From a phage, in sequence record OZ335958.1: a stretch of 64,000 bases of DNA; one strand, written 5' to 3'. Made by a program: the position numbers and the translations under genes. Shown here piece after piece: positions 9,730 to 19,529 of this stretch; the first letter of the stretch is position 1; each line of letters opens with the position of its first letter. The notes beneath the pieces are model-generated. The model searched no databases, was not told the DNA's origin, and saw nothing but the letters and a program-made list of their open reading frames with translations.

Positions 9730-10182
9730 TTAGTCTTCTATGATATCTCTATCATATCCAAGTGAAATGAGAGTTTCTTTGAAGTGTTTAATGTTCTTTT
9801 GTCTAGAATCATTAATGAAAATGACTGGATAACGAATATTAAGAGATGTGAATCCAGCGCGTTTAGCAAGAGATACAATCAGTGGACGATCATACTCAAT
9901 CTTACCATTATTTGTAAGAACTTTATAGAAAGTAAAAGGAGCATTGAGCTCCTTTAAAAGTTTTGTAACTGATTGACATCCAGGACAACGACCAACTTCA
10001 TCTGGAATTCCATAGACTTCAATCTTATTCTTTAAGTTCGAGTTTTGTTCCACGAGAAATAATTCCTTGATAAGCCCAATATGGCGGATTAACAGAATCC
10101 TCACCAGAATTTTCTTCAGGAAAATAAACCTGGATAACAAATCCAGATGCATCAAAGGTAAAATAAACTGTAGGTAATTCAC
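9730..10182 (-). CDS. Glutaredoxin/NrdH-like redoxin (CPGC active site); real start probably downstream of the ORF-track start
   Basis: C-terminal ~95 aa YGIPDEVGRCPGCQSVTKLLKEL is thioredoxin-fold like; N-terminal part overlaps the upstream ORF and is likely not translated. Confidence 0.55.
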   Translation of the reverse strand: MNYLQFILPLMHLDLLSRFIFLKKILVRILLIRHIGLIKELFLVEQNSNLKNKIEVYGIPDEVGRCPGCQSVTKLLKELNAPFTFYKVLTNNGKIEYDRPLIVSLAKRAGFTSLNIRYPVIFINDSRQKNIKHFKETLISLGYDRDIIED

Positions 10183-10336
10183 CTAACAATTCAGCACGAT
10201 TATTAATTTCTTCGAGTTCTCGTTCACGTCCGGCCCAAAAACTAGGATTTAGACTACATTCATAGAAATAATAGTCATTACCGAACATATCAAAACCTTT
10301 CCAACTCTCTACCACATATCGCTCAAAACTAATCAT
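10025..10336 (-). CDS. Hypothetical protein
   Basis: 103 aa ORF. Confidence 0.5.
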   Translation of the reverse strand: MISFERYVVESWKGFDMFGNDYYFYECSLNPSFWAGRERELEEINNRAELLGELPTVYFTFDASGFVIQVYFPEENSGEDSVNPPYWAYQGIISRGTKLELKE

Positions 10337-10338
10337 AA

Positions 10339-10554
10339 TTAAGCCTTTTTATCAAGAACAGCATTCAGCTTGTTAGTAATTTTATCCAGGCGCTCATTGA
10401 ACTCGCTAGAAGATAGACCTTTTTCTGGAGAAATCAAACTAATTACGAAAAATATAACAATAAAAGGAATAAGGAAAATAGCTCCAACTGCCATAAACAG
10501 AAAGAATGTTACAGTTGTAAGAAAATCAGCTAAACCTTTACGAAATTTATACAT
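10339..10554 (-). CDS. Small membrane protein (one TM helix)
   Basis: 71 aa, hydrophobic stretch VTFFLFMAVGAIFLIPFIVIFFVISLI. Confidence 0.5.
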   Translation of the reverse strand: MYKFRKGLADFLTTVTFFLFMAVGAIFLIPFIVIFFVISLISPEKGLSSSEFNERLDKITNKLNAVLDKKA

Positions 10555-10669
10555 ATTTTACCCTTAATTGATTAACCAAGCATTGATAAGCACTAAACTA
10601 TATTGCGAATAAAATTCTGGACCAAAATGAAAAATCATATCATTTATAGTGTCCATAATATAATTCAAT

Positions 10670-11140
10670 TTAATCATGTTTCCACACCCCATCGGTATTT
10701 GACCAAAGTCGCTGATTATCTGATCCTCGCCACAGCTTTTTGGTCGGAAGATTTTTCTCATACTTCCCATCAATAATAACATCAACATATTTAAGCATTT
10801 CTAGTTGTTTAATATCTTCAAACTTATATCCTGTCCACAACCAAATGCTTTTATTGGGATAAAGATTTTTTACTGTTTGAACAATGCAATGAATAACATC
10901 TCGGTTATCAGGATAAAGAGGGTCACCTCCAGTTATAGTTAATCCTTCTATATAATCATTATTCAAACATTCAATTAATTGTTCTAGTGTTTCACCAGTG
11001 AATGGAACGCCATTTCTAGCATTCCATGTTGATTTATTATAACACCCTTCGCATTTATGCAAACAACCTGTAACGAAAAGAACGACCCTGCATCCAGGGC
11101 CATTCACAAAATCGCAGGGATAAAATCTATCGTAATTCAT
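10670..11140 (-). CDS. nrdG: Anaerobic ribonucleotide reductase activating protein NrdG (radical SAM)
   Basis: 156 aa, Cys cluster CLHKCEGCYN typical of glycyl-radical activases; directly follows nrdD with 4-nt overlap. Confidence 0.88.
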   Translation of the reverse strand: MNYDRFYPCDFVNGPGCRVVLFVTGCLHKCEGCYNKSTWNARNGVPFTGETLEQLIECLNNDYIEGLTITGGDPLYPDNRDVIHCIVQTVKNLYPNKSIWLWTGYKFEDIKQLEMLKYVDVIIDGKYEKNLPTKKLWRGSDNQRLWSNTDGVWKHD

Positions 11141-12954
11141 TGGTGTTTAACCCTATGCATGATTTCTTTATTTTTGCCGAGATTAAATCCGCGTTCGTTC
11201 GGATTTCCCAAATAACCACAAGTTCTTCTTATTGTGTTCATCTTTTTAGGATCAGTTTCTCCACAAATAGAACAAACAAATCCGTTTTCAGTAGGAGTCA
11301 TTTCATGTGTACTTCCACACGTAAAACATTTATCTACTGGCATATTAACACCAAAATAATCTAAATGTTGTGCAGCATAATCCCATACAGCCTCAAGACC
11401 TTTTAGGTTATTTTTCATATCAGGAAGTTCAACATAAGAAATGTGACCACCTGTCGCAATGAAATGATATGGTGCTTCTCGAGAAATCTTTTCAAACGGA
11501 GTAATATTTTCTTCTACTGAAACGTGGAAACTATTAGTGTACCATCCTTTATCAGTAACATCTTTTACACTTCCATATTTCTCAGTATCAAGTTTACAGA
11601 AGCGATAGCACAGATTTTCAGCAGGTGTAGAATACAAACTAAAAGCAAAACCGGTTCTTTCAGTCCACTGTTTAAGACGAGCATTCATTTTAGTTAAAAT
11701 TTCCTGTCCAATATCACGACCGACAAGAATATTCAATTCGTGAATACCAATGTATCCTAAGGACACTGAACTTCTACCGTTTTTAAATAACTCAATTATG
11801 TCGTCATCAGGTTTAAGACGAACCCCGAATGCACCTTCTTGGTAAAGAATAGGAGCAACAATCGCTTTAACTCCTTTTAAGGAACTAATTCTACACATCA
11901 AAGCTTCAAAACACAAATCCATTCGTTCATTGAACAATTCGGCAAATTTCTGTTCATTGAATTGTGTTCCAATATAAGAATCTAACGCAATACGAGGAAG
12001 ATTCAGTGTTACAACACCAAGATTATTACGTCCATCAAGAATTTCATTACCAGTCGAATCTTTCCATACGCTTAAGAAACTACGGCAACCCATTGGAGAA
12101 ACAGGAATAGATGAACCGGTGATAGCTTTATTGTTCTTAGCTGAAATAATATCAGGATACATTCTTTTGCTTGCACACTCTAAAGCAAGCTGCTTAATAT
12201 CATAGTTCGGATCATCTTTATAAAGATTAACACCTTCTTCAACGAACATAACAAGTTTAGGGAAAATAGGAGTTATCCCATCGCGACCAAGGCCTTTAAT
12301 ACGATTTTTCAGAATTGCTTTCTGAATCATTCGTTCAGTCCAGTCAGTTCCAGTACCAAATGTAATTGTTACAAAAGGCGTTTGTCCGTTTGAACTAAAG
12401 AGAGTATTTACTTCATATTCATAAGCTTGGAATGCATCGTATACGTCTTTTTCTGTTTTAGATTGGGCGTAATTCAACGCATCAGCGATTTGCCATTTTT
12501 CTGCATCCTCAATATGTTTTGCATAGGTGCGTTTAACATAAGGAGAAAGTACTTTATCTACATTCGCAAAAGTCGTTCCACCATATTGATGAGAAGCAAC
12601 CTGCGCAGTAATTTGTGCCATAATTGCAGTAGCAACGCCGATTGATTTAGGAGTTTCAATCTGCGCATTACCGAGCTTAAATCCATTCTCAAGCATTCCT
12701 TTTAAATCTACTAAACAGCAATTAGTAAATGGAAGAGCAGGTGAATAATCAATATCATGGAAATGAATAATTCCGCTTTCATGCGCTTTCATAATAAAAG
12801 ACGGGACCATATTTTTGGCAATGTGTTTAGACACAATACCAGCCATAAGGTCCCGTTGAGTTGGAAAAACACGAGAATCTTTATTAGCATTCTCGTTTAA
12901 AAGGTCTTTATTAGTTTTATGAATCAATCCTTCAATTTCTTTTTCAATTGTCAT
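11137..12954 (-). CDS. nrdD: Anaerobic ribonucleoside-triphosphate reductase NrdD (glycyl radical enzyme), uninterrupted
   Basis: 605 aa ORF with C-terminal glycyl-radical motif RRTCGYLG and C-x2-C zinc ribbon; no intron interruption seen. Confidence 0.9.
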   Translation of the reverse strand: MTIEKEIEGLIHKTNKDLLNENANKDSRVFPTQRDLMAGIVSKHIAKNMVPSFIMKAHESGIIHFHDIDYSPALPFTNCCLVDLKGMLENGFKLGNAQIETPKSIGVATAIMAQITAQVASHQYGGTTFANVDKVLSPYVKRTYAKHIEDAEKWQIADALNYAQSKTEKDVYDAFQAYEYEVNTLFSSNGQTPFVTITFGTGTDWTERMIQKAILKNRIKGLGRDGITPIFPKLVMFVEEGVNLYKDDPNYDIKQLALECASKRMYPDIISAKNNKAITGSSIPVSPMGCRSFLSVWKDSTGNEILDGRNNLGVVTLNLPRIALDSYIGTQFNEQKFAELFNERMDLCFEALMCRISSLKGVKAIVAPILYQEGAFGVRLKPDDDIIELFKNGRSSVSLGYIGIHELNILVGRDIGQEILTKMNARLKQWTERTGFAFSLYSTPAENLCYRFCKLDTEKYGSVKDVTDKGWYTNSFHVSVEENITPFEKISREAPYHFIATGGHISYVELPDMKNNLKGLEAVWDYAAQHLDYFGVNMPVDKCFTCGSTHEMTPTENGFVCSICGETDPKKMNTIRRTCGYLGNPNERGFNLGKNKEIMHRVKHQ

Positions 12955-13424
12955 TTTAAACTCTTTCTAAGCTGCTTCTTAAATGAAGCTATTAATTGTG
13001 TTTTAGTGTCAGATTCATTATATTCAAATCCTCTTTGAAGCATCTCAGCCATCATTTCCTCTTTTCCTAAACGAGAAAATTCCTTTGATTTATCTCCAAC
13101 GAAGTTAGGGTGAATATTATTTTGGGTGTAATCGGATTTTAAATAAGTAAGTAAATTTTCTAACCATTCAAGATAATCAACGCCTTGTCCCTTTAAGCCA
13201 GAACGATTAAATTTGTGCTTCATTTGACCTTCCGCTGCATTGCAAAGATTACAGAGCAATCCACGTACCTTTCCTGCTTTTGGTCCATTTAATTCATGGT
13301 CATGGTCAAGGTGATTAGCTTGAACATCAGGATTTAGTTCTCGTTGGCAAATTAAGCATTTACCGTTTTGTGCGTTATAAAATTTTTGTTTTTCTTCTTT
13401 ATATAATTTGCCAGTCAATAACAT
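12951..13424 (-). CDS. 49: Endonuclease VII (Holliday junction resolvase) gp49
   Basis: 157 aa, zinc-binding CLICQ...CNLCN and HLDHDHE motif; size matches T4 endo VII. Confidence 0.85.
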   Translation of the reverse strand: MLLTGKLYKEEKQKFYNAQNGKCLICQRELNPDVQANHLDHDHELNGPKAGKVRGLLCNLCNAAEGQMKHKFNRSGLKGQGVDYLEWLENLLTYLKSDYTQNNIHPNFVGDKSKEFSRLGKEEMMAEMLQRGFEYNESDTKTQLIASFKKQLRKSLK

Positions 13425-13465
13425 AATAAACCCTTACCTTAAATAGATAAGGGTATTTATTATTT

Positions 13466-13642
13466 TCAAGTATTGTAAAACATTCGATGCAATCGCTTAT
13501 ATTGTCGAATCATCTTTTTAGTAGGACGAGAATAAGTTCCTACACAAGTGGTCATATTAGGGTCTGTAGAATTTCCTTTAATAAAAAGTTTCCAGACTTT
13601 ACCACCATTTAGCTTTTCAGTATAAATCAATTCAGTTTTCAT
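13466..13642 (-). CDS. Hypothetical small protein (58 aa, below ORF-track cutoff)
   Basis: Hand translation MKTELIYTEKLNGGKVWKLF...; start overlaps upstream stop as TAATG. Confidence 0.3.
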   Translation of the reverse strand: MKTELIYTEKLNGGKVWKLFIKGNSTDPNMTTCVGTYSRPTKKMIRQYKRLHRMFYNT

Positions 13643-14106
13643 TAGAATGGCCTATCAGAAAAAGAAATTTGAGTTTCAAGCCATTCAATATATTCTGCCG
13701 CAGCTTGCATCAAATTTCCTTCATAACCATCGTTATTTTCTTGTGCAGCTAATTTAGCTAATGCGTATGAAATGCGTTCACCTTGAAAAGCGGCTTTAGG
13801 TTTATGAATAACTTGATCAACTCGTTCTACAACTTCTTCAATTTCGCCATTTTCTGCTGATTCAGTATTCCACAAGCACCAATATGTAATTGGCTTATCA
13901 TAGATGTTAATAATCTTTCCATCAGAAAGTTCAATTTCAATAATTCCAGTATCAGGTTCTATGTCATCTTCACATTCTTTTACAAGTTCACGAACTTTAA
14001 AGACAGTACCTGCACTAAGTTCCGGCCAGTAATTACACAGCCCTTTATCAGCACGATTAATTCTAAACCACTTATCTACTGCAATCATGTCCCATCTCCA
14101 TATCAA
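13642..14106 (-). CDS. Hypothetical protein (ORF-track start is TTG; an ATG 6 codons in is more likely)
   Basis: 154 aa ORF, acidic. Confidence 0.5.
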   Translation of the reverse strand: MIWRWDMIAVDKWFRINRADKGLCNYWPELSAGTVFKVRELVKECEDDIEPDTGIIEIELSDGKIINIYDKPITYWCLWNTESAENGEIEEVVERVDQVIHKPKAAFQGERISYALAKLAAQENNDGYEGNLMQAAAEYIEWLETQISFSDRPF

Positions 14107-14211
14107 TTAAGTCGTTTATCGTCGGTTCATTATATACTGTTTCTTCATCAGTGTAAACCGGTTCTTCCGGCTCTGGCTCTACAGTTTCCCATCTAGCCGC
14201 CCACCAAGGTT

Positions 14212-14559
14212 TTATAGCGTAATCCATTCTCGTACTGTCTGAGTTACTACACGTTCACGGGGCTCGACTAGTTCAACAGTCGGAACTGCATAATACCAGT
14301 CAGAATGATAAGAACCTGAGCGAGATTCATTTACAGACACATGAACGTTATGTTTTGGACTAAAATAAATGCACTGCCGGTATTGACATTTGCCGTCTTG
14401 TACCCAATCTTCTATTTCGATAGGTTTAAGATAATCTGAAAAATCGAAATCATAATTTTCTGAAAATGCATCATGGTCTTCAATGATTTCACCCAGAACT
14501 GCATCAACATCGTAAATCATATTTACCCCAGTTTGACCATACAATCGCCATATTTCCAT
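14212..14559 (-). CDS. Hypothetical protein
   Basis: 115 aa ORF. Confidence 0.5.
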   Translation of the reverse strand: MEIWRLYGQTGVNMIYDVDAVLGEIIEDHDAFSENYDFDFSDYLKPIEIEDWVQDGKCQYRQCIYFSPKHNVHVSVNESRSGSYHSDWYYAVPTVELVEPRERVVTQTVREWITL

Positions 14560-14738
14560 TTAGAAATAGACTTTTCACCATTAAAATAATAAACTTCGAG
14601 TTTAGCACGATTATTTTTAATTTGAATAACCTTGGCTGTCATCAAAGTTCCATACCCATAATAAACTGCAACCTCATCACCTACATATACCGCGCTTCCG
14701 CGGTAGTCATGGATATAATCAGTTCCTTCGAGCATCAT
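14523..14738 (-). CDS. Hypothetical small protein
   Basis: 71 aa ORF, 4-nt overlap with nrdC. Confidence 0.45.
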   Translation of the reverse strand: MMLEGTDYIHDYRGSAVYVGDEVAVYYGYGTLMTAKVIQIKNNRAKLEVYYFNGEKSISKWKYGDCMVKLG

Positions 14739-14998
14739 TTAAAATATTCCCGCAATTGGTCAAATCCACCAATATAACTTCCATCAGGAGCAAATACTTG
14801 TGGCATCGTCAAACCAATTTGAGTATCACGACCTAGTTTCGTCAGAAGCTCAGCGATTTTCTCATCATCAAAAACACCTTTTTCTGGCATAATGTTGATA
14901 AATTCAAACGGCTGTTTCTTCACAGCCAAAAGACGTTTTGCATTATCGCAATACACACATTTATGGATACTGCTATCATAACCATATACTTTAAACAT
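14735..14998 (-). CDS. nrdC: Thioredoxin/glutaredoxin NrdC
   Basis: 87 aa, active-site CVYC, MFKVYGYDSSIHKCVYCDNAKRL; matches T4 thioredoxin. Confidence 0.85.
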   Translation of the reverse strand: MFKVYGYDSSIHKCVYCDNAKRLLAVKKQPFEFINIMPEKGVFDDEKIAELLTKLGRDTQIGLTMPQVFAPDGSYIGGFDQLREYFK

Positions 14999-14999
14999 A

Positions 15000-15257
15000 T
15001 TATTCCTTAATTCCTAGTACTTGTTTAAAAGTCTCGTCGTAATCAAGACTTTGGCCCGTTTGTTCTTTATGTTTGTATATAATATCACTTATTTCTGATA
15101 GCATATTTTTATATGAACGAGTTAAAGCAGATTTAAGCACGCTGTATCTATCAGGAAATTTACCGTGTTCATTATAATACGCTATTGCTAATTCACGGAC
15201 TGCCTTTTCAGCAATCTCCATATATTCTTTACGCTTGGTCATTTTCTTCTCGGTCAA
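15000..15257 (-). CDS. Hypothetical protein
   Basis: 85 aa ORF. Confidence 0.5.
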   Translation of the reverse strand: MTEKKMTKRKEYMEIAEKAVRELAIAYYNEHGKFPDRYSVLKSALTRSYKNMLSEISDIIYKHKEQTGQSLDYDETFKQVLGIKE

Positions 15258-15546
15258 ATCGGTGTTTGCAATGACGGCATTTATAACGAAGATTACTAGT
15301 CTGCCAATGAACTAATTGTACCTGTTCAGTACCGCATTCAGGACAATTAGGAACGTTTTTAGAAGCCCTTTCGCGACGTTCAACCATAGCCATAATGGCA
15401 TCCCAAGCTGGAGGTTTAAAATCTAAATCGTCACAACCATGAATCTTTCCACGCATTTCCAGATCGTCTTCTTCACCAGCCATAATAATTTTAATTAGAC
15501 TGGAATTACTTGAAGCTGCAATATCTTCTAATAGACGCTTTTTCAT
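15229..15546 (-). CDS. Hypothetical zinc-ribbon protein
   Basis: 105 aa with CPECG...CRHCKH. Confidence 0.5.
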   Translation of the reverse strand: MKKRLLEDIAASSNSSLIKIIMAGEEDDLEMRGKIHGCDDLDFKPPAWDAIMAMVERRERASKNVPNCPECGTEQVQLVHWQTSNLRYKCRHCKHRFDREENDQA

Positions 15547-16472
15547 TTCAGCACCTCAATAGCATTACGTAAACCATTTGCTTTTGCATTAAGAGCTTTT
15601 AACAATTTGGTGTGTTCGGCAATCTGGGCTTCAACTTCAATCAAACGAGCATTGAGATATTCACGTTCTTCGCTCAAGTTATCAATCTTTTCTACTTTAG
15701 GCTCTTTTACAACTGTCTTATATGTATTAGGGTTCTTCAGTTTAATTAGAATGCGTGAACTGTATAACATTGAACCATTATCTTCGGTTTCGTCATACAT
15801 TTCTACTACGTCCATGATTTTTAACATCATGCGAAGTTTATAAGACAACGAACGAATAGTTTTGTTGTGCTTATTAATTTCTTTAGAGTTCATGGTGCCG
15901 AGATTACGTGAGTAATAATAAGGAACCTGGATATTAATTAATACTGATGAACCACCTGGCTTGTGTGTTACTTCATCAGCAATAACCCAGTCCTTAACAT
16001 GAACTGTATTTGTACGGTCATCACCCGCGGTAAACAGTTTGCGAGCATGCTTAAAAAGCATATTCACTTGGGTATTGAATTGACAAGCAAATTTATCAGC
16101 AAATTTAGTTTCAGGAATGGTAGATAGCCAATCAGCTAAATGGGTCTTTTTAACATCGTTAACAATAGTAAATTCAACCAAATCGGTTATAGATGTCGCA
16201 GATTTAATGAAGCTCGGCTTCATAAAGTTTTTAATGTTATCACGAGCTACAGTAGAAGATAACATACGAGAACGTTTAAACCATTCAAGCAAATTGCCTA
16301 ATGAATGAGAATAGGCGTTCTGAGTATCTTTACAGATATGATTTTCCTGGCCAACATATTGAAGGAAATCACGAAGAATATTATTGATTACTGCTCTGTG
16401 TCCGATCTGATAATTACGATGTTTAGTAATAAGACTGTCAAAATAATCAATATAATGTTTACGAGTTTTCAT
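15543..16472 (-). CDS. Paralog-array member 1: uncharacterised protein with C-terminal coiled coil
   Basis: 309 aa, N-terminus MKTRKHYIDYF, C-terminal heptad-rich [42 protein letters not shown]. Confidence 0.6.
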   Translation of the reverse strand: MKTRKHYIDYFDSLITKHRNYQIGHRAVINNILRDFLQYVGQENHICKDTQNAYSHSLGNLLEWFKRSRMLSSTVARDNIKNFMKPSFIKSATSITDLVEFTIVNDVKKTHLADWLSTIPETKFADKFACQFNTQVNMLFKHARKLFTAGDDRTNTVHVKDWVIADEVTHKPGGSSVLINIQVPYYYSRNLGTMNSKEINKHNKTIRSLSYKLRMMLKIMDVVEMYDETEDNGSMLYSSRILIKLKNPNTYKTVVKEPKVEKIDNLSEEREYLNARLIEVEAQIAEHTKLLKALNAKANGLRNAIEVLK

Positions 16473-16524
16473 GTTCTTCTCACTTGGTTAATGATTTATG
16501 CTCCGAGCCATCCTTGGCTTTAAA

Positions 16525-17526
16525 TTACTTAATTAATTGTAAAGCTTGTTCAAGACGATCTAGGCGATTAACAGATTCTTCCCAAATCCTTTTAGCCTGC
16601 TCATAATCTTTCTGCGCTTTATTAGAAATTTCTAGAACTTCTTTATAAGCTTTTTCTAGTGCAATAACTTCTGGACGAATTTCTACCGGTTCAGGTGAAT
16701 CGTCAAGACATTCCATTAGTTCCTCAAGGGTAGTTTCTTCTTTAGGAGTATTCACAATTTCATCACATTTTTGTTGGTAAATTTCTTTATCAGTCGGTGA
16801 GTACGCACACTTTACTTCACGGAGACTAACTACAATTTTATATCCTTCCCAACCGCATATATTCTTAAAAGGATAAGTATGAATATTTTCTACTGTTTCC
16901 ATACAAAGTAATGCGGTCTCTAACTGACGAGTTATATCGCTAGCAATTGAGAAAAATTTATTAATGTTCTTTTGATTAGCTTCTGGTGTAAAAAATTCAT
17001 AATTCACAAAAATAGCTGCTTTATTTTTATCAAGCTCATATTCTTTTATGATAATCATATCAGAAGCCCAAGGATGGATTTGACGATAATCACCATAGCA
17101 TAATTTAGAAGCTGATTTTAGAAGTTGCTTCTTGAAAAGTCTGAAATTACTAATCCAACGACGAGTAAAAATATTCTCAGGGTCTTCTTTATTATTAAGA
17201 TGATAAGAATTAACATCACCGAACCAATTATATCCTACTACATCTTTAGTTCGTTTAATTTCTTTCCCAAATTTACTAAGAATATCTCTGTTGACTAAGT
17301 ATGAAAGAAGACGAGAACCTTTAAAGGTTTCCTTAATATCATCTTTATATTCGCAACTAGAAATTTTATGAACTTCATGAATAAATTTGTCGGAAGAAAC
17401 AATACTTGCATCAGTATTGTTGAGCCACTGATTGATAATAGAAAGAACACTATTCTGACTAGACATAGATTTAACTTTATCATCAATAACGCTATTGAAT
17501 GATTTGATATATTCGTTACGAGTCAT
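16525..17526 (-). CDS. Paralog-array member 2 (start at MTRNEY with GAGGAG Shine-Dalgarno)
   Basis: ORF-track 16525-17556 trimmed to Met 11; C-terminal coiled coil EVIALEKAYKEVLEISNKAQKDYEQAKRIWEESVNRLDRLEQ. Confidence 0.6.
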   Translation of the reverse strand: MTRNEYIKSFNSVIDDKVKSMSSQNSVLSIINQWLNNTDASIVSSDKFIHEVHKISSCEYKDDIKETFKGSRLLSYLVNRDILSKFGKEIKRTKDVVGYNWFGDVNSYHLNNKEDPENIFTRRWISNFRLFKKQLLKSASKLCYGDYRQIHPWASDMIIIKEYELDKNKAAIFVNYEFFTPEANQKNINKFFSIASDITRQLETALLCMETVENIHTYPFKNICGWEGYKIVVSLREVKCAYSPTDKEIYQQKCDEIVNTPKEETTLEELMECLDDSPEPVEIRPEVIALEKAYKEVLEISNKAQKDYEQAKRIWEESVNRLDRLEQALQLIK

Positions 17527-17549
17527 ATTAATCTCCTCAGTAGAAAGTA

Positions 17550-17584
17550 AGAACATTATACCACATCCTTGTGGCGAAGTAAAC
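17550..17584 (-). promoter_or_regulatory. T4-type early promoter candidate
   Basis: gaacattataccac...gtaaac on the plus strand, i.e. GTTTAC -35 and TATAAT-like -10 for minus-strand transcription. Confidence 0.4.
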
Positions 17585-18609
17585 TAGTTTAGTGCATTTA
17601 GTGCATTGTTCAGTTTAGAACGTTGCTTCGTGAGATTTTTGACTTTTTCTTGAGCTTTTTCTAGTATCTTTTCAGCTTCTAACACTTCATTAGTTGCTTT
17701 AATGAGTTCATCATCTACTGCCTTGATAGACTTCTCAATCGCATCTGCATGCCATTTTTCAACAGGTTTAAGACTCGGATTTTCAACAGGAAGAAAATTC
17801 GCTTTATTGAATTTCCATGCATCCTTATTACCTGAACTATACATCCAAAATTTAGGATCGTTTGATGAGTAATTGGATAAATTTAAGTTATAGTTATCTT
17901 GTACTTCCTGCTTTTTCTCTTGCGGGATTTCGTCCTTTCTCAAAAAATCATATTTAAATGAAACGATCATATCAAGTTCATACGTTGTTGTATGTTCCCA
18001 ATTTCGCTCAAAATGAGGTAAAATCTTAGACTGAACCGCGGCAACTACATCCATATACTTAAATGCTTCTGTCAACTGTGATTTAAGGCATTCACAAATT
18101 GAAAGAGAATTTTTTGTATTAGGTTTAAAGCTAATTCGTGCAGTTCTGTTATTTTCTTTTAATGGTCTTACTTCCATCTGAAGAGTATAACCATCAAATT
18201 TCAGATTCTTTAAGTTAATATCAGAACCTTTTAATCGACTCGCAATTGATAAAATTTGTTTTAATTGTTTACGGAATAGAGCAATAAATCTCCATTCAAT
18301 ACGATAATGATTTGGATTGAAAAATCCAGATGATAAATCGACCTTACTTTGACCAACGCCTTGAACAAATAGAGGATTTTTATAATCAATAGTTTTACAG
18401 AAATCGGTGAGCTGCTCACGAGCAGTCATTTGTGTAATATACCCCGCTTTACTAAAATGACGTAACCATTCACTGCTATTCATATATTTAAAGTGAATAT
18501 CACTATTAACTTTATCAGGGTCTAAATTATTTTGACACAAAAATGTCATAACATCACGAGTATAGCTGGCATTACGAACCATATCTTCAATTTGAGAACG
18601 AGTTTTCAT
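17584..18609 (-). CDS. Paralog-array member 3
   Basis: 341 aa, N-terminus MKTRSQIEDM, C-terminal coiled coil DDELIKATNEVLEAEKILEKAQEKVKNLTKQRSKLNNALNAL. Confidence 0.6.
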   Translation of the reverse strand: MKTRSQIEDMVRNASYTRDVMTFLCQNNLDPDKVNSDIHFKYMNSSEWLRHFSKAGYITQMTAREQLTDFCKTIDYKNPLFVQGVGQSKVDLSSGFFNPNHYRIEWRFIALFRKQLKQILSIASRLKGSDINLKNLKFDGYTLQMEVRPLKENNRTARISFKPNTKNSLSICECLKSQLTEAFKYMDVVAAVQSKILPHFERNWEHTTTYELDMIVSFKYDFLRKDEIPQEKKQEVQDNYNLNLSNYSSNDPKFWMYSSGNKDAWKFNKANFLPVENPSLKPVEKWHADAIEKSIKAVDDELIKATNEVLEAEKILEKAQEKVKNLTKQRSKLNNALNALN

Positions 18610-18617
18610 GGTGTTCC

Positions 18618-19529
18618 TTAAGATTTAAGTAAATCAACAATTTTAATTAACTTTTCACGCTCAGATTTAGCTTTACTACTCAGTCCAGATAGTCTGAAAA
18701 TTTCATCATCATATTGTTGAATGGAAATATTCAGCTCTTCAATCTGTTTATTAAAATAATCAATTTGTTCAGAATGTTTTTCGTTACTACGAACTGGTAC
18801 AGGTTTCGTAGGCAATGTAGTTGAACTGGATTCATCCGGGCGATAAATTAAAATACAACTTGAACCAATAGGGCATTTTGCACCAGATGAATATTCTAAT
18901 GTTCCAGCTTCTTTTAAAACTTCAAAAGCTAAACAGAGATGATGCCCCATATTAACATAATCTGTGGAGCGAGCTCTGATGTAATAATCATCGCCACGAA
19001 TACTAAATTTAAAGCATTTAAGGTCTTCCGTATTATTGGTCTTAAAAATCATTTGTTTATCTAGACCTTTAGCTAATCGAGCGCCTAATGCTAATAATCG
19101 TCGTTGATTTTCCCACAAATCCACAATCATTTGATCGAATGATAATTTCGGCATTAGTCGACCATAAAGGTCATATCCTTTATTATAATTACGAAGGATT
19201 TCACTCGCGTTAATACGAGACAATGCTCCAATTTTATTAAGAGCTTTCATAATGCGATTAGATAAACTCATTCCAGACCCATTTGTTCGCTGTAAATGTT
19301 TTTCTAATCCAAATCCAATATCAACTTTAAACTTATCTAAAATTTCTGCATGAACATCTCTGTCGATAACATTCAAATCCAAAGTTGGGTTAAATCTATG
19401 AAAAAATTTATCTGGCTCTGCACTGCGAAATACAGTCCATTCATTCATCATTTTTTTATTAACTAAAGATTTAATTACTGCATTGACATTATTAATTACT
19501 ACTGACATATTTTCCTCACTCAATTTCAA
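18618..19529 (-). CDS. Paralog-array member 4
   Basis: 303 aa, central segment alignable by eye to members 2 and 3, C-terminal coiled coil QIEELNISIQQYDDEIFRLS...REKLIKIVDLLKS. Confidence 0.55.
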   Translation of the reverse strand: MKLSEENMSVVINNVNAVIKSLVNKKMMNEWTVFRSAEPDKFFHRFNPTLDLNVIDRDVHAEILDKFKVDIGFGLEKHLQRTNGSGMSLSNRIMKALNKIGALSRINASEILRNYNKGYDLYGRLMPKLSFDQMIVDLWENQRRLLALGARLAKGLDKQMIFKTNNTEDLKCFKFSIRGDDYYIRARSTDYVNMGHHLCLAFEVLKEAGTLEYSSGAKCPIGSSCILIYRPDESSSTTLPTKPVPVRSNEKHSEQIDYFNKQIEELNISIQQYDDEIFRLSGLSSKAKSEREKLIKIVDLLKS

